Positions 1 to 23,666 of a stretch of 53,107 nucleotides of DNA are shown piece by piece; positions within the stretch are counted from its first letter, which is position 1; the number at the start of each line of letters is the position of its first letter. The notes under the pieces were generated by a model, which saw only the letters and a list, made by a program, of their open reading frames with translations, was not told where the DNA came from and searched no databases. A program made the position numbers and the translations under genes. Source of the DNA: Macrostomum lignano (Eukaryota). The stretch lies in the NCBI GenBank assembly GCA_002269645.1, contig NIVC01003241.1, forward strand, positions 56,317 through 109,423, given 5' to 3'.

Positions 1-380
1 GGGGTGAGATTATCTAGCTATGGTGAGATTATTGGAGTGAGATTATCTAGCTATGTTGAGATTAATTGGGGTGAGATTATCTAGCTATGGTGAGATTAAT
101 TGGGTGAGATTATCTAGCTATGGTGAGATTAACTGGAGTGAGAAATTTCTAGCTATGGTGAGATTAACTGGAGTGAGATTATCTAGCTATAAGTGAGATT
201 AACTGGGGTGAGATTATCTACTATGGTGAATTAATTGGAGTGAGATTATCTAGCTATGTGAGATTAATGGGGTGAGATTATCTAGCTATGGTGAGATTAA
301 CTGGAGGTGAGATTATCTAGCTAAGGTGAGATTAACTGAGTGAGATTATCTAGCTATGGTGAGATACTGGGGTGAGATTA
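1..380. repeat. ~34-bp minisatellite (GTGAGATTATCTAGCTATG+GTGAGATTAACTGGG), about 11 copies, truncated by the window edge
   Basis: Direct reading. The unit contains two GTGAGATTA sub-repeats and copies differ by many 1-bp indels. Confidence 0.95.
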
Positions 381-824
381 TATCTAACGATTTTGCTTTT
401 CATTAGGAGCATAGCTAATTATTATTATATGATATCCAGAAAGACGCAGGTTTGTAAAATTATTGACAGCTTTCTGACCTTTAATTTCTGCATTCATGTT
501 CAGTTTTAATATTTATGTACGACATTACTTGGTAATAAGTAAATTTAACACTTTTAAATTATTGTGTTTTAAAATCCCGTGTAAACGTGTTTCACTACCT
601 ACTGCAAGTAACTCCTTTGAAATGTTTTTTGTCTGCATATTAAATAAATACAACTGTGTTGCATTGCCTGACAACTTCCAGGCTTCATGGCGTTCAAAAA
701 TTGCGCTAATCAATAAAAAAGTATGCAAGTATATAATATAAAAGTGTATACAAAATATTGAACTTTTCTTCGACTTCGTAAAATTTTATGGGTGAAAATT
801 TCTTTTAAAGATACGTCTGTATCC

Positions 825-1130
825 AGAAACAGACATTTATGGATGGGAACTTCAGGACAGCAGACATTTCTGTGTGGAAACTTCAGGACAGCAGACATTT
901 CTGGATGGGAACTTCAGGACAGCAGACATTTCTGTGTTGGAAACTTCAGGACAGCAGACATTTCTGTGTGGAAAATTCAGGACAGCAGGACGCAGACATT
1001 TATGGATGGGAAATTCAGGACAGCAGACATTTCTGTGTGGAAACTTCAGGACAGCAGACATTTCTGTGTGGAAACTTCAGGACAGCAGACATTTATATGG
1101 ATGGGTACTTCGGACAGCAGACATTTATAG
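825..1130. repeat. 31-32-bp minisatellite (GGAAACTTCAGGACAGCAGACATTTCTGTGT), about 10 copies
   Basis: Direct reading. It explains the repetitive ORFs between 710 and 1147. Confidence 0.95.
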
Positions 1131-1420
1131 ATAAAAAACTTTTTTGAAAGCGGCATTTTAGAATTGTAACTTCAGTAGTGACTTTTTATAGATCTTTCTT
1201 TGCATCTGAGCTCAAATAATCTTAATTCGCTGGCAACTAAACCGACTCAAATTTAGGTGTTTGACTGTCTATGGCAAAGGTCGCATCTTGGTACAGTCGC
1301 TTTAAAAGTTATATTTGAAGACTGAGAGCTGCTTAGCTCCCACAAGGACAAAAATATACTGAAAACGTCTGCAGGACGCTTCGTGCACCGATCCGGAAGC
1401 CACAAGGCCTGCAGGCGGAA

Positions 1421-4305
1421 ATGTCGCACTTTGACGCCACCATGTACAACTGGCACTACGGCGTGCTGCCAAGACTGCCAAGCTCGCCTTCACCCCTGCC
1501 CAGACCTGCATTCTCAAGGACTATTTAGTAGTCCTGGACAGCAACATGGAGAATCTGTTCATCTTCAACCGGACCAACATGCAGCTGGAATCGCAGATTG
1601 GCACCGGAATCTGCGATCTGACAGTCTCCATCTTTCCGGTGTCTGAGGTGAGTCGCTTTGCCGCTGTGCGTTTGGCATGACTGCTTATGGTGGGATTCAC
1701 ACTGCACAGCTGACCCGATTAGAGTCAGGGACATTGCGCACTGCTACCCAGCTGACCCGATATCAGTCAGGACACATTGTGCACTGCTACCCAGCTGACC
1801 CGATATCAGTTAGGACATTGTGCACTGCTACCCAGCTGACCCGATACCAGTCAGGGACATTGTGCACTGCTACCCAGCTGACCCGATACCAGTCAGGGAC
1901 ATTGTGCACTGCTACCCAGCTGACCCGATAACAGTCAGGGACATTGTGCACTGCTACCAGCTGACCCGATAACAGTCAGGGACATTGTGCACTGCTACCC
2001 AGCTGACCCGATAACAGTCAGGGACATTGTGCACTGCTACCCAGCTGACCCGATAACAGCCACCGCTCCCGCAGAACGAGTCCAACCTGATGGTGCTGGT
2101 CAGCGGCAGTCTGGTGCAGCTGCTCAACATGGCCAACATTCACATGGAGAGCGTGAACAACGTGTTCGAGTACAGCTTCGTGGAGATCAAGTGCCGCGAT
2201 GGCAGCATCGCCAGCCTGTGGACGGACCGCTGCGCCTCCAGCTACCTGGTGCTGTGGCTCAGCTGCAAGGACAATCCGCTCATCTACGAGCTCTTCGATG
2301 ACAGCAGCCCGAAGATCGTGTTCGACAGGCTCGAGTGGGTCACGGCTGACCGCCTCCTGCTGGTTCGAGCTGGCAGCGTCCCCATCTGCTTCAGCGTCTT
2401 CAGCCTCGCCGCCAGGAGCTTCCTGAACCACGTGTGATGAACATCGGCTGTGGACCGCAGAACTTTGCCGTCTCCAGCAACAACAAGAGGCTGGTGCTGT
2501 GCCAGGATGGCAACTTCATCGTGTACGACACGGGCAACCTGAAGCGGCTGCTGTGCTGCAAATGCGACTTGGCTGAGGACTCGATGGACTTTATTGGGCT
2601 CTTCCAGGTGAGTGTGGGACTGAATTGGGCTCTTCCAGGTGAGTGTGGGGCTGGATTGGGCTCTTCCAGGTGAGTGTGGGACTGGATTGGGCTCTTCCAG
2701 GTGAGTGTGGGGCTGGATTGAGCTCTTCCAGGTGAGTGTGGGACTGGATTGAGCTCTTCCAGGTGAGTGTGGGACTGGATTGGGCTCTTCCAGGTGAGTG
2801 TGGGGCTGGATTGAGCTCTTCCAGGTGAGTGTGGGACTGGATTGAGCTCTTCCAGGTGAGTGTGGGACTGGATTGAGCTCTTCCAGGTGAGTGTGGGACT
2901 GGATTGGGCTCTTCCAGGTGAGAGTGGGGCTGGATTGGGCTCTTCCAGGTGAGAGTGGGGCTGGATTGGGCTCTTCCAGGTGACTGTGGGGCTGGATTGA
3001 GCTCTTCCAGGTGAGTGTGGGGCTGGATTGGGCTCTTCCAGGTGAGTGTGGGGCTGGATTGGGCTCTTCCAGGTGAGTGTGGGGCTGGATTGGGCTCTTC
3101 CAGGTGAGTGTGGGCTGGATTGGGCTCTTCCAGGTGAGTGTGGGGCTGGATTGGGTTCTTCCAGGTGAGAGTGGGGCTGGATTGGGCTCTTCCAGGTGAG
3201 TGTGGGACTGGATTGGGTTCTTCCAGGTGAGAGTGGGGCTGGATTGGGCTCTTCCAGGTGAGTGTGGGACTGGATTGGGCTCTTCCAGGTTAGTGTGGGA
3301 CTGGATTGGGCTCTTCCAGGGGAGAGTGGGGCTGGACTGGGCTCTTCCAGGTGAAGCTGATCTGAGTTGAAAAAGTGTAAAACCCAATGCATAGTGAGCT
3401 CAGACATGCATCTCACAGCAGAAGTCCCGTAACTCGTCACAAATGCAACTCGCCCTCTGCCCGACTGCAGAACAACTTCATGACAGTGGGTCAGCTGACG
3501 GGCCACAAAGTGGTTCGCTACTACATCAACGAGGAGTACTGCTCGGTGGACCGAGTCAACGAGGGCAAAGTGAGCTTCGAGAGCTACGACCGGTTCAAGT
3601 CGGTGCAGCCGATCGGAGACGAGCTTCTGGTGGTCCGCTGCACCAGCAGAGATCAGCGCAGCGTGGTTCTCGGCCTCATCAACCACTTTGACGGCAACGT
3701 GTTCCAGTTTCTCAAGCTGCGGCTCGGCGACATGCTCAGCCTCACCCAGAGCTGCCTGGTCACCTTTTCCAAGAAGTCGGCGGCTGATCGGCACTTCGAG
3801 CTCGCGCTGTTCGACTTCACCGCGCCAGCCGCCCCAGACGACCTGTGGCCGCGCCTCAAGCAGAAGCTGGCGGAGATTCGCAAGCACAAGAAGTCTCTGC
3901 AGGACTACTCAATCTCAAAGCAGAGGCACGTGCAGCAGCTGATGCGGGCCAAGATGCTCGAGCTCAACAGGAGCCACCTGAATGAGCTCAAGCGAATCGC
4001 CAAGAATCCCGTGTACATGTCTAAGGCTGCCGCTCAGGACGAGTCCGTGGTGACTGTGAGTTAGCTGGAACTGCTGCTCTGCTGAGTCCTGTTGGGTTCT
4101 GTTGAGTCCTGTTGTTTAGGAACACGCAAGAAAGTTGGAGATTCCCATTTCTCTGCCCTGTGAGCAACTGTATCTGAGGTTCTGAGGCTCTGTGGAAGTC
4201 AACAGGTATGAATTAACCACCTTTCCCTCGCTCTACCCCTCACAGAGCAGGCTCGTCTCTAACTCGCTGTCCGAGCAGTGCTCCGATGAAGAATGCCAGC
4301 CTCCT

Positions 4306-4344
<39 letters not shown>

Positions 4345-4605
4345 AAGCAGAGGCAGCAGCAGCACCAGCTGCACGCCATCTGGGAAAACTATTACCAGCG
4401 CTGCGGGGGACTTCGCGACGGCGACATAGCCGCAGGGGCGGCAGCGGCGGCAGTTCAACAGCAGCAGGAGGCGCACAACAGCGGGAGCATCAGCTCAGAC
4501 TTGAGCAAGCTCAGGCAGCTCGTCTCCGGCTCGACTGCGGCCACGCCGTGTCGAGAGCAGCGAAAGCAGCGAAAGGACAAGCAAGACAACCAGCTGCTGC
4601 AATGA
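1421..4605 (+). CDS. Uncharacterised spliced gene: beta-strand-rich (propeller-like) N-terminal region, coiled-coil segment and polyQ tail; 5' end uncertain
   Basis: Exons 1421-1647, 2075-2607, 3471-4055, 4246-4605 joined by phase-0 GT-AG introns (donors GTGAGT at 1648, 2608, 4056; acceptors CCCGCAG, CTGCAG, TCACAG). Codons are GC3-rich. Two apparent -1 frameshifts (~1468, ~2435) must be corrected. Fold assignment is inference from alternating hydrophobic strands. Confidence 0.7.
1700..2060. repeat. 42-bp intronic minisatellite (CCAGCTGACCCGATAACAGTCAGGGACATTGTGCACTGCTAC), about 8 copies
   Basis: Direct reading; 14-aa periodicity (TATQLTRYQSGTLC) in the ORF track. It fills intron 1648-2074. 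Confidence 0.95.
2608..3350 (+). repeat. 31-bp intronic minisatellite GTGAGTGTGGGGCTGGATTGGGCTCTTCCAG, 24 copies, derived from the exon/intron junction
   Basis: 743 bp / 31 = 24 units. The unit end ATTGGGCTCTTCCAG equals the last 15 nt of the upstream exon. Confidence 0.95.
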
Positions 4606-5379
4606 ATGGCCTTGGATAAACAAAGTATCAGATAGTCCGTATTCATCCTTAGTCCAACTCACTGTGTGCACAAGGTTTCTACCTTGGTTAAAGTGCAGCT
4701 TATTTGTTTGCCACGCACAGTATGACTTCGGAGTTTCCGTTTAACAGCACTTTTTATTGTTAACCAGCATTAGAGCTGCATTTATCAATACAGAGCCGTG
4801 TCCTGTCAGTGAGGAGCCGCTCATTGCGATGATGAAGTTCCGTCCGTACTGACTAACTCAGCATCGTCTAACTCGTCATTGTAAAGCGATTCTATTTTTC
4901 ATCACTACTATAACTGTTCAGATATTAATCCCTAATTAGTGATTCTATTAATCAGGTATTCATCTCTAGTTAGTGATTTCATCACATAGCATTAATTCCT
5001 AATTAAAATTTGTGATTGTACAATCCAGGTAAGAGCGTATCATCGTATCTATCCAAAAGTATTAAACTATAAATGAGATGCAGTTTACTAAAAGTGAATT
5101 AATATTTATCTACAAGGACAAGAGATCAAGGACATATAGCAGTATTATTTTTGAGAAAACATACACTAGTATTAGCCAATATAATGTTGATACAGTTCTG
5201 CCGCAAATAGTAACCTTCGAGAGATTTATGAAGAAAGATAATTCAGACCAAGAAAGAATGGCCCCAGAATTTTTCGATTTTTTGTCATTGTCTACAGAAC
5301 CAGAGCAACGCAGATAAGCTTTCGAACTGATCAACTCAAACACAAATTTAATCGTTATGAACGAGAATGTAAAATAATT

Positions 5380-6510
5380 TTAGCCACGAGCATAGAACTC
5401 TCCCTCAACGGTGCTCAGAGCCTGCGGCATCAGAGCGAACTTCAGCAGGTGGCAGAGCCGGGCCTGTCGGTTGAAAAGCACCGCCAGGCAGCTGCTAGCG
5501 GCGGTGTTGCACCTTTGAATGCAGCCGGCGATATCCGGAATGGCTTCCGTCCAGTGGGTGGCCTTCGAGTAGGAGCTGCTCACCACCAGCTCGGGACGGC
5601 TCGGTTTCGGGCGGTACGACGAGCGGCAGCCGTTGTCTGCGGGAGATGGACGAGTAATGAGCAAGCGCAGCTGGAGTGCTTAATAAAATTCGTGAGATTT
5701 TGTAAGATTCACTGTATTTTCAGTTTTAGTATTCAAATAAAACGCAAAAACGCCAAGGGCCTATCAACTTAAGCAATAAATGGAAGCCTCAACTACAAGT
5801 GACCAGTTTTCAGTGCCAACCCCTTCAACTTGACCCAGGACTACTCCGAAGGGAGTTAAAAGTCCGACTCGACCCTTGCCCCCCTATGCTACGCCTGCTT
5901 CTAATGCACTGAGTGTAGATTCCAGATTGCCAAAGAATTGAATGAATTGCAATTCAAATTATACTGAGGTAATTTCTTAGAAAACGACCAAATCTCACCA
6001 GAACCGTAGCGCATAGCGAAGACCGAGTTGCGCCACGGTCCACCGCAGTTAATTGAAGCATTGCCTCCGCACGGTGTGTTGCAGTCTGTGTCCTCAGCCT
6101 GGCCATGGGATCCGTAGGACCTGCCGCAGAAGCACTCGATATTTGACTGCAGACCGAAGTATGGGTAACCACCGAGAGAGCACACGTTGGCGCAGTAGTC
6201 TGGAGTCATTGCGGTGCCCTGTACCGCCACGTAGCTACTTACCTGAAGTTTATTTTGGTTGGTTAATTAGTTAGTTTTTGATACTTGGCTTGTTTTATTT
6301 TAGTTAAATAGATATTTACGAGCGTAGTCAGTCAGTTCACACTATACTCACCTCAAAGTCGGCCATCTTGGTGATGTTGGTCAGGCCGTTAAGATCGCGG
6401 TCAGCTGAGTCAACAAAGCAACCCAGGTAAGAATACTCATATGTCTTGTCTCCAAGGGCAACAGACGCCGCAAACGCAAGCGCTGCTCCCAGTCTCAGGA
6501 CCAGCATCAT
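5380..6510 (-). CDS. Secreted WSC-domain + PAN/apple-domain protein, copy A (219 aa)
   Basis: Exons complement(6352-6510, 5999-6242, 5380-5636) = 660 nt, phases 0 and 1. Signal peptide MMLVLRLGAALAFAASVALG. WSC motifs YLGCFVD, MTPDYCANVC, YFGLQ..ECFCG, CNTPCGGN..INCGG..RNSVF. C-terminal C-x3-C..C..LFN..RLC.L is PAN-like. Confidence 0.9.
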
Positions 6511-7649
6511 CAACTGTTTTTCTCAGCTAAAAAAGATGACTGCAGCTATTCTGACAATGGCATTTTCTGAGCCGCTTTTATGCAGCATCTGCATGCACAG
6601 GCGAGTGCATAGGGAGAGAAGCAGCTGACCCATCAAGCAGCGGGCTTGGCAGTGGTCTTCAGGTGTCCTGCTCAGCTGATGTGTGCTGGCTCAGTGCCTG
6701 CCCACGTGTGGCATCTGAGACATCTCGCGCCTGTTGCCTCAGCAGTCATCAGCTGAGCAGCGGTACTGCATAGCAAGGATGATTAAAATTCATAACCTGG
6801 TCAACGCGATGCGGGTAGTTTTCAATATTGGGGCTTCCCTGAGTAAGAGACTGACTGATGCTGGGGGGCTGTGTGGTGGGGAACGGGGGGTGTTTTTAAG
6901 GCCTACCTGTTCTGTGACATGCTTGAGCTTTAGGAAATCAGCCTTCAGTTTCTATAGAAATACATACATACATACATGTACACCGCCGCAAAAGAAAGCA
7001 AATTAAGGAAAAGGGGGCAGCACGGGACGGAAGAGCAAAAAAAGGGGAAAAGAAAGGGAAAAGAAACGGAAATGTGTACTAAATATAGAAATGAAGCACC
7101 GTAAGCAGTACTTTCAGTATTACCATGCATATTATTCATACGAGAAGTAGTCTTCTCAATAAAATTCCATCTTAATGACTTGAAGAAGGCTCGCTGATTA
7201 TTTTGCACTTTAGGCTCCGCTCTTGAGCTGTCCTGCTCTTGATTGAGGTGGCCGAAATCCGATTAATGGGGCCCAGCTGACCCCAAAATCCACGGTGCAG
7301 TCAGGCATGGTCAAGGGTCATCTTTTTCAGGACGAATTAATTTTGCAATGACCTCGACATCGATAAAATACGCACGCCTTTCAACCACAGACTATCGACT
7401 CCCTGAGACATGAAATTGACATGAAATTCGTCTGGATTTAAGGACAGATACTGATTACTACATAATTTTTAGTGTCTGTGATGAATTCTAACAGAATGAA
7501 ATAGAAAACTAAGTACGTTGATTTATCGGGCGATAAAAATAAGAGAGGAACAGCACGATGAACAACGCTGGAGTGGCCTTTGGATTCAAAGTAGTCAGCT
7601 AAGTTATTTAGGCCAGGTGCTCGAATTCTCACTCGCCTTTTATCCGGAT

Positions 7650-8220
7650 CGGGATTCGGGATTAGTAGAGATCGGGACTCGAGATTCAAGATTGGGATTC
7701 GGGATTCGAGATCGAGATTCAAGATCCAAGATTGGGACTCGGGATCAGGATTCGGGATTCGAGATTCAAGATCCAAGATTGGGACTCGGGATCAGGATTC
7801 GGGATTCGAGATTCAAGATCCAAGATTGGGACTCGGGATCAGGATTCGGGATTCGAGATCGAGATTCAGGATCGGGATTCGGGATTCGGGATTCAAGATT
7901 GGGATTTGATATTGGGATTCGGGATTCAAGATCGGGATTCGATAATGGGATTCGGGATTCAAGATCGGGATTCGATATTGGGATTCGGGATTCGGGATTC
8001 AAGATCTGGATTCGATATCGGGATTCGGGATTCAGGATCGGGATTCGATATTGGGATTCGGGATCCGGGATTCAAGATCGGGATTCGATATTGGGATTCG
8101 GGATTCGAGATTCGATATTGGGATTCGGGATTCGGGATTCAAGATCGGGATTTGATATTGGGATTCGGGATTTAGGATTCGAGATTCGGGATTATGATTC
8201 GGGATTGGGATCCGAGATCC
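7650..8220. repeat. Degenerate GGGATTC/GAGATTC short-period satellite
   Basis: Direct reading; present only in duplication unit A. Confidence 0.9.
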
Positions 8221-9449
8221 AGACTTAACCCTGAAGACCTGTTGTTTTATCACCCCAGGCCCAGTCAGTGCTCAGTCAGTGAGCCTCGTCAGCATAGTAA
8301 CTTAGGTCGTACGTTAGCACTGGCTGACGGTTGCAAACAATGAAACAGCAGGCTATTGAAGCCGCTGCGATAGTCATAGTCATGGCACGAAAGTACTCGC
8401 GATCCCGTTCCAAGAGCTCGGCAAGAAAGTGTCGTACAGGTACTGAGGTTTTCAACGCCCTAGCGGGTGAATGCCGCACTATACTCGTATTGTTTAGAAA
8501 GGCATTGACTCCATGGTATTTTTCTACAACAAATGTAGGTAAAATTATTTATAGGAAGAGCAACTTAAGCGAGGATAAACCTTTGTAGTGCCCCTCGCAC
8601 GCAGTCACGAACTCATACTGCACACGCTCACACTGGGTGTACAGCATCCCTGACCTTCTAGTCGTCAGACACGTACACTCTCTGTGCATTTAAGATTTGT
8701 CATCTACGCTAAACGTTCGACCGCTCCCATATACGACCTTTAATCTTCACTGATTGAAGACCCTTTATGTAAAGGAGCAATAAAAGGCTACTGGAAAGAC
8801 GAGTGGCTCGATGTAATTTTACCTTCTCTGGGGTTCCCGTCAGACAGGTTAATTGGTGCATTTGCACCTCTGCGTTCTGTTCGAGTCTGCTCTCTTCCTT
8901 CTCTAATTTGGAAGAACTAGCTATACTTGTTCTCTAGTGCGTTTTCAGGTTGCAAAGGTGCTGTTCAAATAAATATGCTCTATCTCTAACTCTCATGCCA
9001 ATGGTTTTTTAAATTATTGTCAAATTGATTTGAGTTCGGCGATCATGCACGAATAGTTTGCACAGCGTGCCCAGGCCGAAGAGCCTTCTGTGAATGAGTA
9101 TTCTCTTGAAGCAGTAAATTCGGCTTCAGTTCAGGCGGTCTCGCACATCGGCACCTGAATCGAACGCTTTTACCTGCTTTACCACGCACTTTATATTGAA
9201 GTGACGTCGTGCAGGATTAATTTCGCTAAGGTCACTACAACAGAAGTATTATTTTTGTGAAAAGTTATTAGCCAATATTGTGTTAGGAGAATTCTACCGT
9301 AGGTAGCATTTTATAGGCTTACAGATAAAGAGAACTCAAAGCAGAAATGATAGTTACTAATAGCTCCAGAAATTTCAGCATTTTTGTCATTGTCAAGAGA
9401 GCCAGAGCATCGCAAACAGTGGTCGAACTGATCTATGCAAACGCAAAAT

Positions 9450-11383
<1,934 letters not shown>

Positions 11384-12917
11384 CAACTGTTTTCCTAAGC
11401 TAAAAAAGATGACTGCAGCTATCTGACAATGGCATTTTCTGAGCCGCTTTTATGCAGCATCTGCATGCACAGGCGAGTGCATAGGGAGAGAAGCAGCTGA
11501 CCCATCAAGCAGCGGGTTTGGTAGTGGGATGTTAGCTCCAGTGCCTGTCCACGTTTCGCGCGTGTGCCTCAACAGTCATAAACTGTGCAGCGATATGAGT
11601 TAGCAGGGATGATTAAAATGAATGATAAAATTCACATCCTGGCCAACACGATGCGGGTGGCTTTTCAGCCTTTTCAGGCTTCTCAGTGAGAGACTGACTG
11701 ATGCTGTGGGCTGTATGGGGGGAGTGGTGCATACCTGCACATGTTTGAGCATTTGGAAATTGGCTTGAAGGAAGCTTCTAATAACTACTGGAATGAAGCA
11801 CTGCAAGCGGTACTTTCAGAAGCAAACATCCGTATATTGTCAGTAAGCTTCACTGTGGTAGAAAATCCGATTGCTTATTTAATCTACGTTTAACAGAAGA
11901 ACTACCAAGAGAGGGGGGAGTTCCCCTTCCTGGTGCACCTGGAAATCGCCGGGTGATGACTAAATGCTTGAGAGACTTAGCTCAGAATGTCCGGCAGTCG
12001 AGGCTTGCTCACTGTCGAGTCTTGATCAGTGAAACTTGAGAAGTGTCAGGGTGTCCTGAGGCGCAGAGCTGATAGGCGCACAGGGGTGTACTGCACTGGC
12101 GCCTATAGAAAAAATCCGACCTTCTGGCAGAATCGTCAAATATCTGGATATCTGGAGGGCTGGCGACTTGATTCTTGTTTGAGAAGATGCGCAACAAAAA
12201 GTCAGCCAGTGTTCTGTTCCGCATTTGGGGTTGGCCCTGTCGCTCTGTAGTGTTTTTGCCCGCGCCCATGCAGAACCCGCCATGCAGTTTCTGCCAAGTC
12301 CTCTATTGGCCCGTGCCGCCTGGGCTGCTCATTGCTGTTCTGGGCAAGTGTGCAGGGCAGCCTCTTTTGAGGGAGAAGTTTTTCGGCTATAGTGGAAAGA
12401 CGAGTGGCTCGATATAAATTTAGGTAGAGTTCACGTCAGACGGTTGAATGGGTGCCTTTGTACCTCTGTAGCTTCTGCGGAGAATGCTATTCATAGGAAT
12501 GCCGTTCTATTGTTTGAGTCTATCTCTTCTTTCTCCAATTTGGAACTACTTGTGCGCCTTCTCTAAGGCGTTTTCGGATTGCAAAGGTGCTGTTTGAACA
12601 AATTTTCTCTATCTAGATTTCTGCCTCTCATGCCAATGGTTTTTAATATTATTGTTTAATTTGAGCTCCACGATCATACCAGAATAGTTTGCACTGTGAC
12701 AACCGCGAGCCCAGCTCGAACTGGCTTGCCCTGGCTATATAGCGAAGAGCTCTCTGTGAAAGAGCATTCTCTCTGTCTCTGCTTGAAACAGTAAATTTTG
12801 CCTAGGGGTCTCAGTTCACGCTGTCTCGCACTGCTGTACTTAATCACGCCATTTTAACCGCGTTCCCACACACTTCTCAGGCTAGAGCTGTCGTGAGTTG
12901 TTTGAGTTGTATCTATG

Positions 12918-13727
<810 letters not shown>

Positions 13728-13774
13728 GAATAGACAACTTTTGCCATCTAAATAATTTCAGCAGTCAGCAGACC

Positions 13775-21254
<7,480 letters not shown>

Positions 21255-21627
21255 CATGGTTATGGTGACTGCAGAGGTCGCGGCTTTTTCCGTTTGGATA
21301 TGGAGAAATGCACAATTTATGAGTTGAGTAGAAGCTGCTATATGATTTGCGAACTAAAAAATTAACATGTATGATTTGGCTGTAAACGGTTAAAATAATG
21401 TTGTGTACATGTAGCAGGCTAAATACCCCCCTTAATTTTAATTTGTTTCCGCTGCATGTAAGTGTTACATGTAAATATTTTACATAAAAATCATTGAAAA
21501 AATCGCGTAGTGCGAAGGTGGGGAGCGTGTGCGCTGGGCAAGCAATTTAACAAAAGAAGGTTAAGTTAAAATGAAAGGTTACTCAGCTAGACAAAATTTG
21601 TTACCAGATAAAATAATTGGCGGTAAT

Positions 21628-21736
21628 TAGGTGTGTTCGGGACGGCAGTTTTTCGGGTTTCGGGGTTAACCCCAAATCCGGTACCCCTCCCCGAACCCGG
21701 ATCCCCGACCCGACTCCGAACCCCGAACACCCCCTA
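21628..21736. mobile_element. 109-bp hAT-type MITE
   Basis: TAG...CTA termini, imperfect TIR TAGGTGTGTTCGGG / CCCGAACACCCCCTA, exact 8-bp TSD GCGGTAAT (21620-27, 21737-44). Confidence 0.85.
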
Positions 21737-23155
21737 GCGGTAATTCATACGATAAAATGCAGGGTCTGCCTCAGTAGCTGACATTTTTTTTGGTTGATTT
21801 TGTTTGTTTTTTCATACCAACTTTCGAATTAACTTAGGATCGATAGTTCTTAATAACAAATTTTCGTGATTAGTTAACGAATAAAATCTAATTCTTTTTA
21901 GTGTACTTTACTTCAAAACTTTTGAGTATTCAGTTAAAAATAATAATGTAAAATTGATGTTTATATTGCCTCCGATGTATGGATCGATTAGCTATTCTTA
22001 TTGCTTGTTTTACTATACAGACGCACTAATGGCACACTGTAACATGATCGCTTTTATATACGAGCTTTTTATTTGCTATTCCAGTTTGATTTCTTTTTCC
22101 AGTTTAATACAGCATAAAAATTTTTCGAAAACATATTTATATAACACCTACATAAAAATAGATTATGCTATTTAAATGATTTTATATTTTCTTAAAATTT
22201 TAGGTATTTATTACCAGAAAAAAAATTAAGTTGCCCTACTCTCAAAAAAGTTATAATTAGCTGGCTATTTATGTTTTGACATGATGTGTCCGAATCTGTT
22301 CCGATTAACTTATTATATATCCAGACTGTTCTTTTTTCTACAATTTCTACCAGACAATATTTAAACGTATATTGCACAATTTAACCCCCGCACGTATATA
22401 TTCCCGAACTGTAGAATTTTTTATTAAATTACAATACCTATAAATAAAAAGCACCCGGCACTGTTTTTTCTCAAGCCAAACTTTTACTTTTCCAGATCTA
22501 CGGAAGTCTATTCAACAAGAAGACAAAAATAACCATCACGCCTTCACGCCTCATTCATTTACAATGCAATCGCTACTGTACAAACTAATTTAAAAAAGAC
22601 GTTTTATAAGTACTGAAAAAACCATGTTGCTTTATTTGTGCGTGTATATTTTTTTTGATTAATTACATTGATACGTTTACTTTTTAACACGTATTTGTGT
22701 TGTTCTGCAGTCAAGCAGGGGTGAATTGCATTTGAGATTAGTTTTGCAGAAGTTCTACTGCAGTAAGCCTTTCACTTTAGTCATTACAATATACTGCAGT
22801 ACTATATACAGTACAGTGCATTTGCCAAGCCAATCTAAAGTTAACATTGCTATTTGCGGGCATCAATGTGGAATTTCCAAGGGCGGGGTAAGCCACAGCC
22901 CATAATCGTGGATAATAGAAGATACTTTACATGTAGTTTCCAATAGCTTGATTCTCACACAACCTGTTTTGATTCAGTTCTGTTAATTTTAATGTAACTC
23001 TCCATTTTTATTCATCATTGCATTCCATTACAGGTTTCTGGACTTAGAGAAGAGGCATTTTAGACCTGCAACACTACTGAACAGACTAAGTTCAGTAGCT
23101 TACTACCTAACTATGTAATTTGTATACTTTAACTATATGCTTATGCAAGCATTCA

Positions 23156-23406
<251 letters not shown>

Positions 23407-23666
23407 CTATGAAATAAACTCATCAATGTACAGATAAATTATGAGAAACTATTGATCCCTTATACCATAATTGCTCACACTACCGGTACTGACGAGTAGC
23501 ACATAATTAATATATTTTATCTTTCAGACTGAAAGAAGAAGGCTTTCAAAGCCATCTATTTCGAGAACAGGCACCAACTTAGACGATTTCGAGTGGCCGC
23601 CACCAAAAACGGTTAATTTTCTGTCATAAATCGCCGCAGTGTTAAGAGATGAATTGGAAGCCCAGC

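Noticed and set aside
2284-3887. 367-aa and 495-aa minus-strand ORFs
   Set aside because: Antisense read-through of the 31-bp array and of the GC3-rich plus-strand exon.
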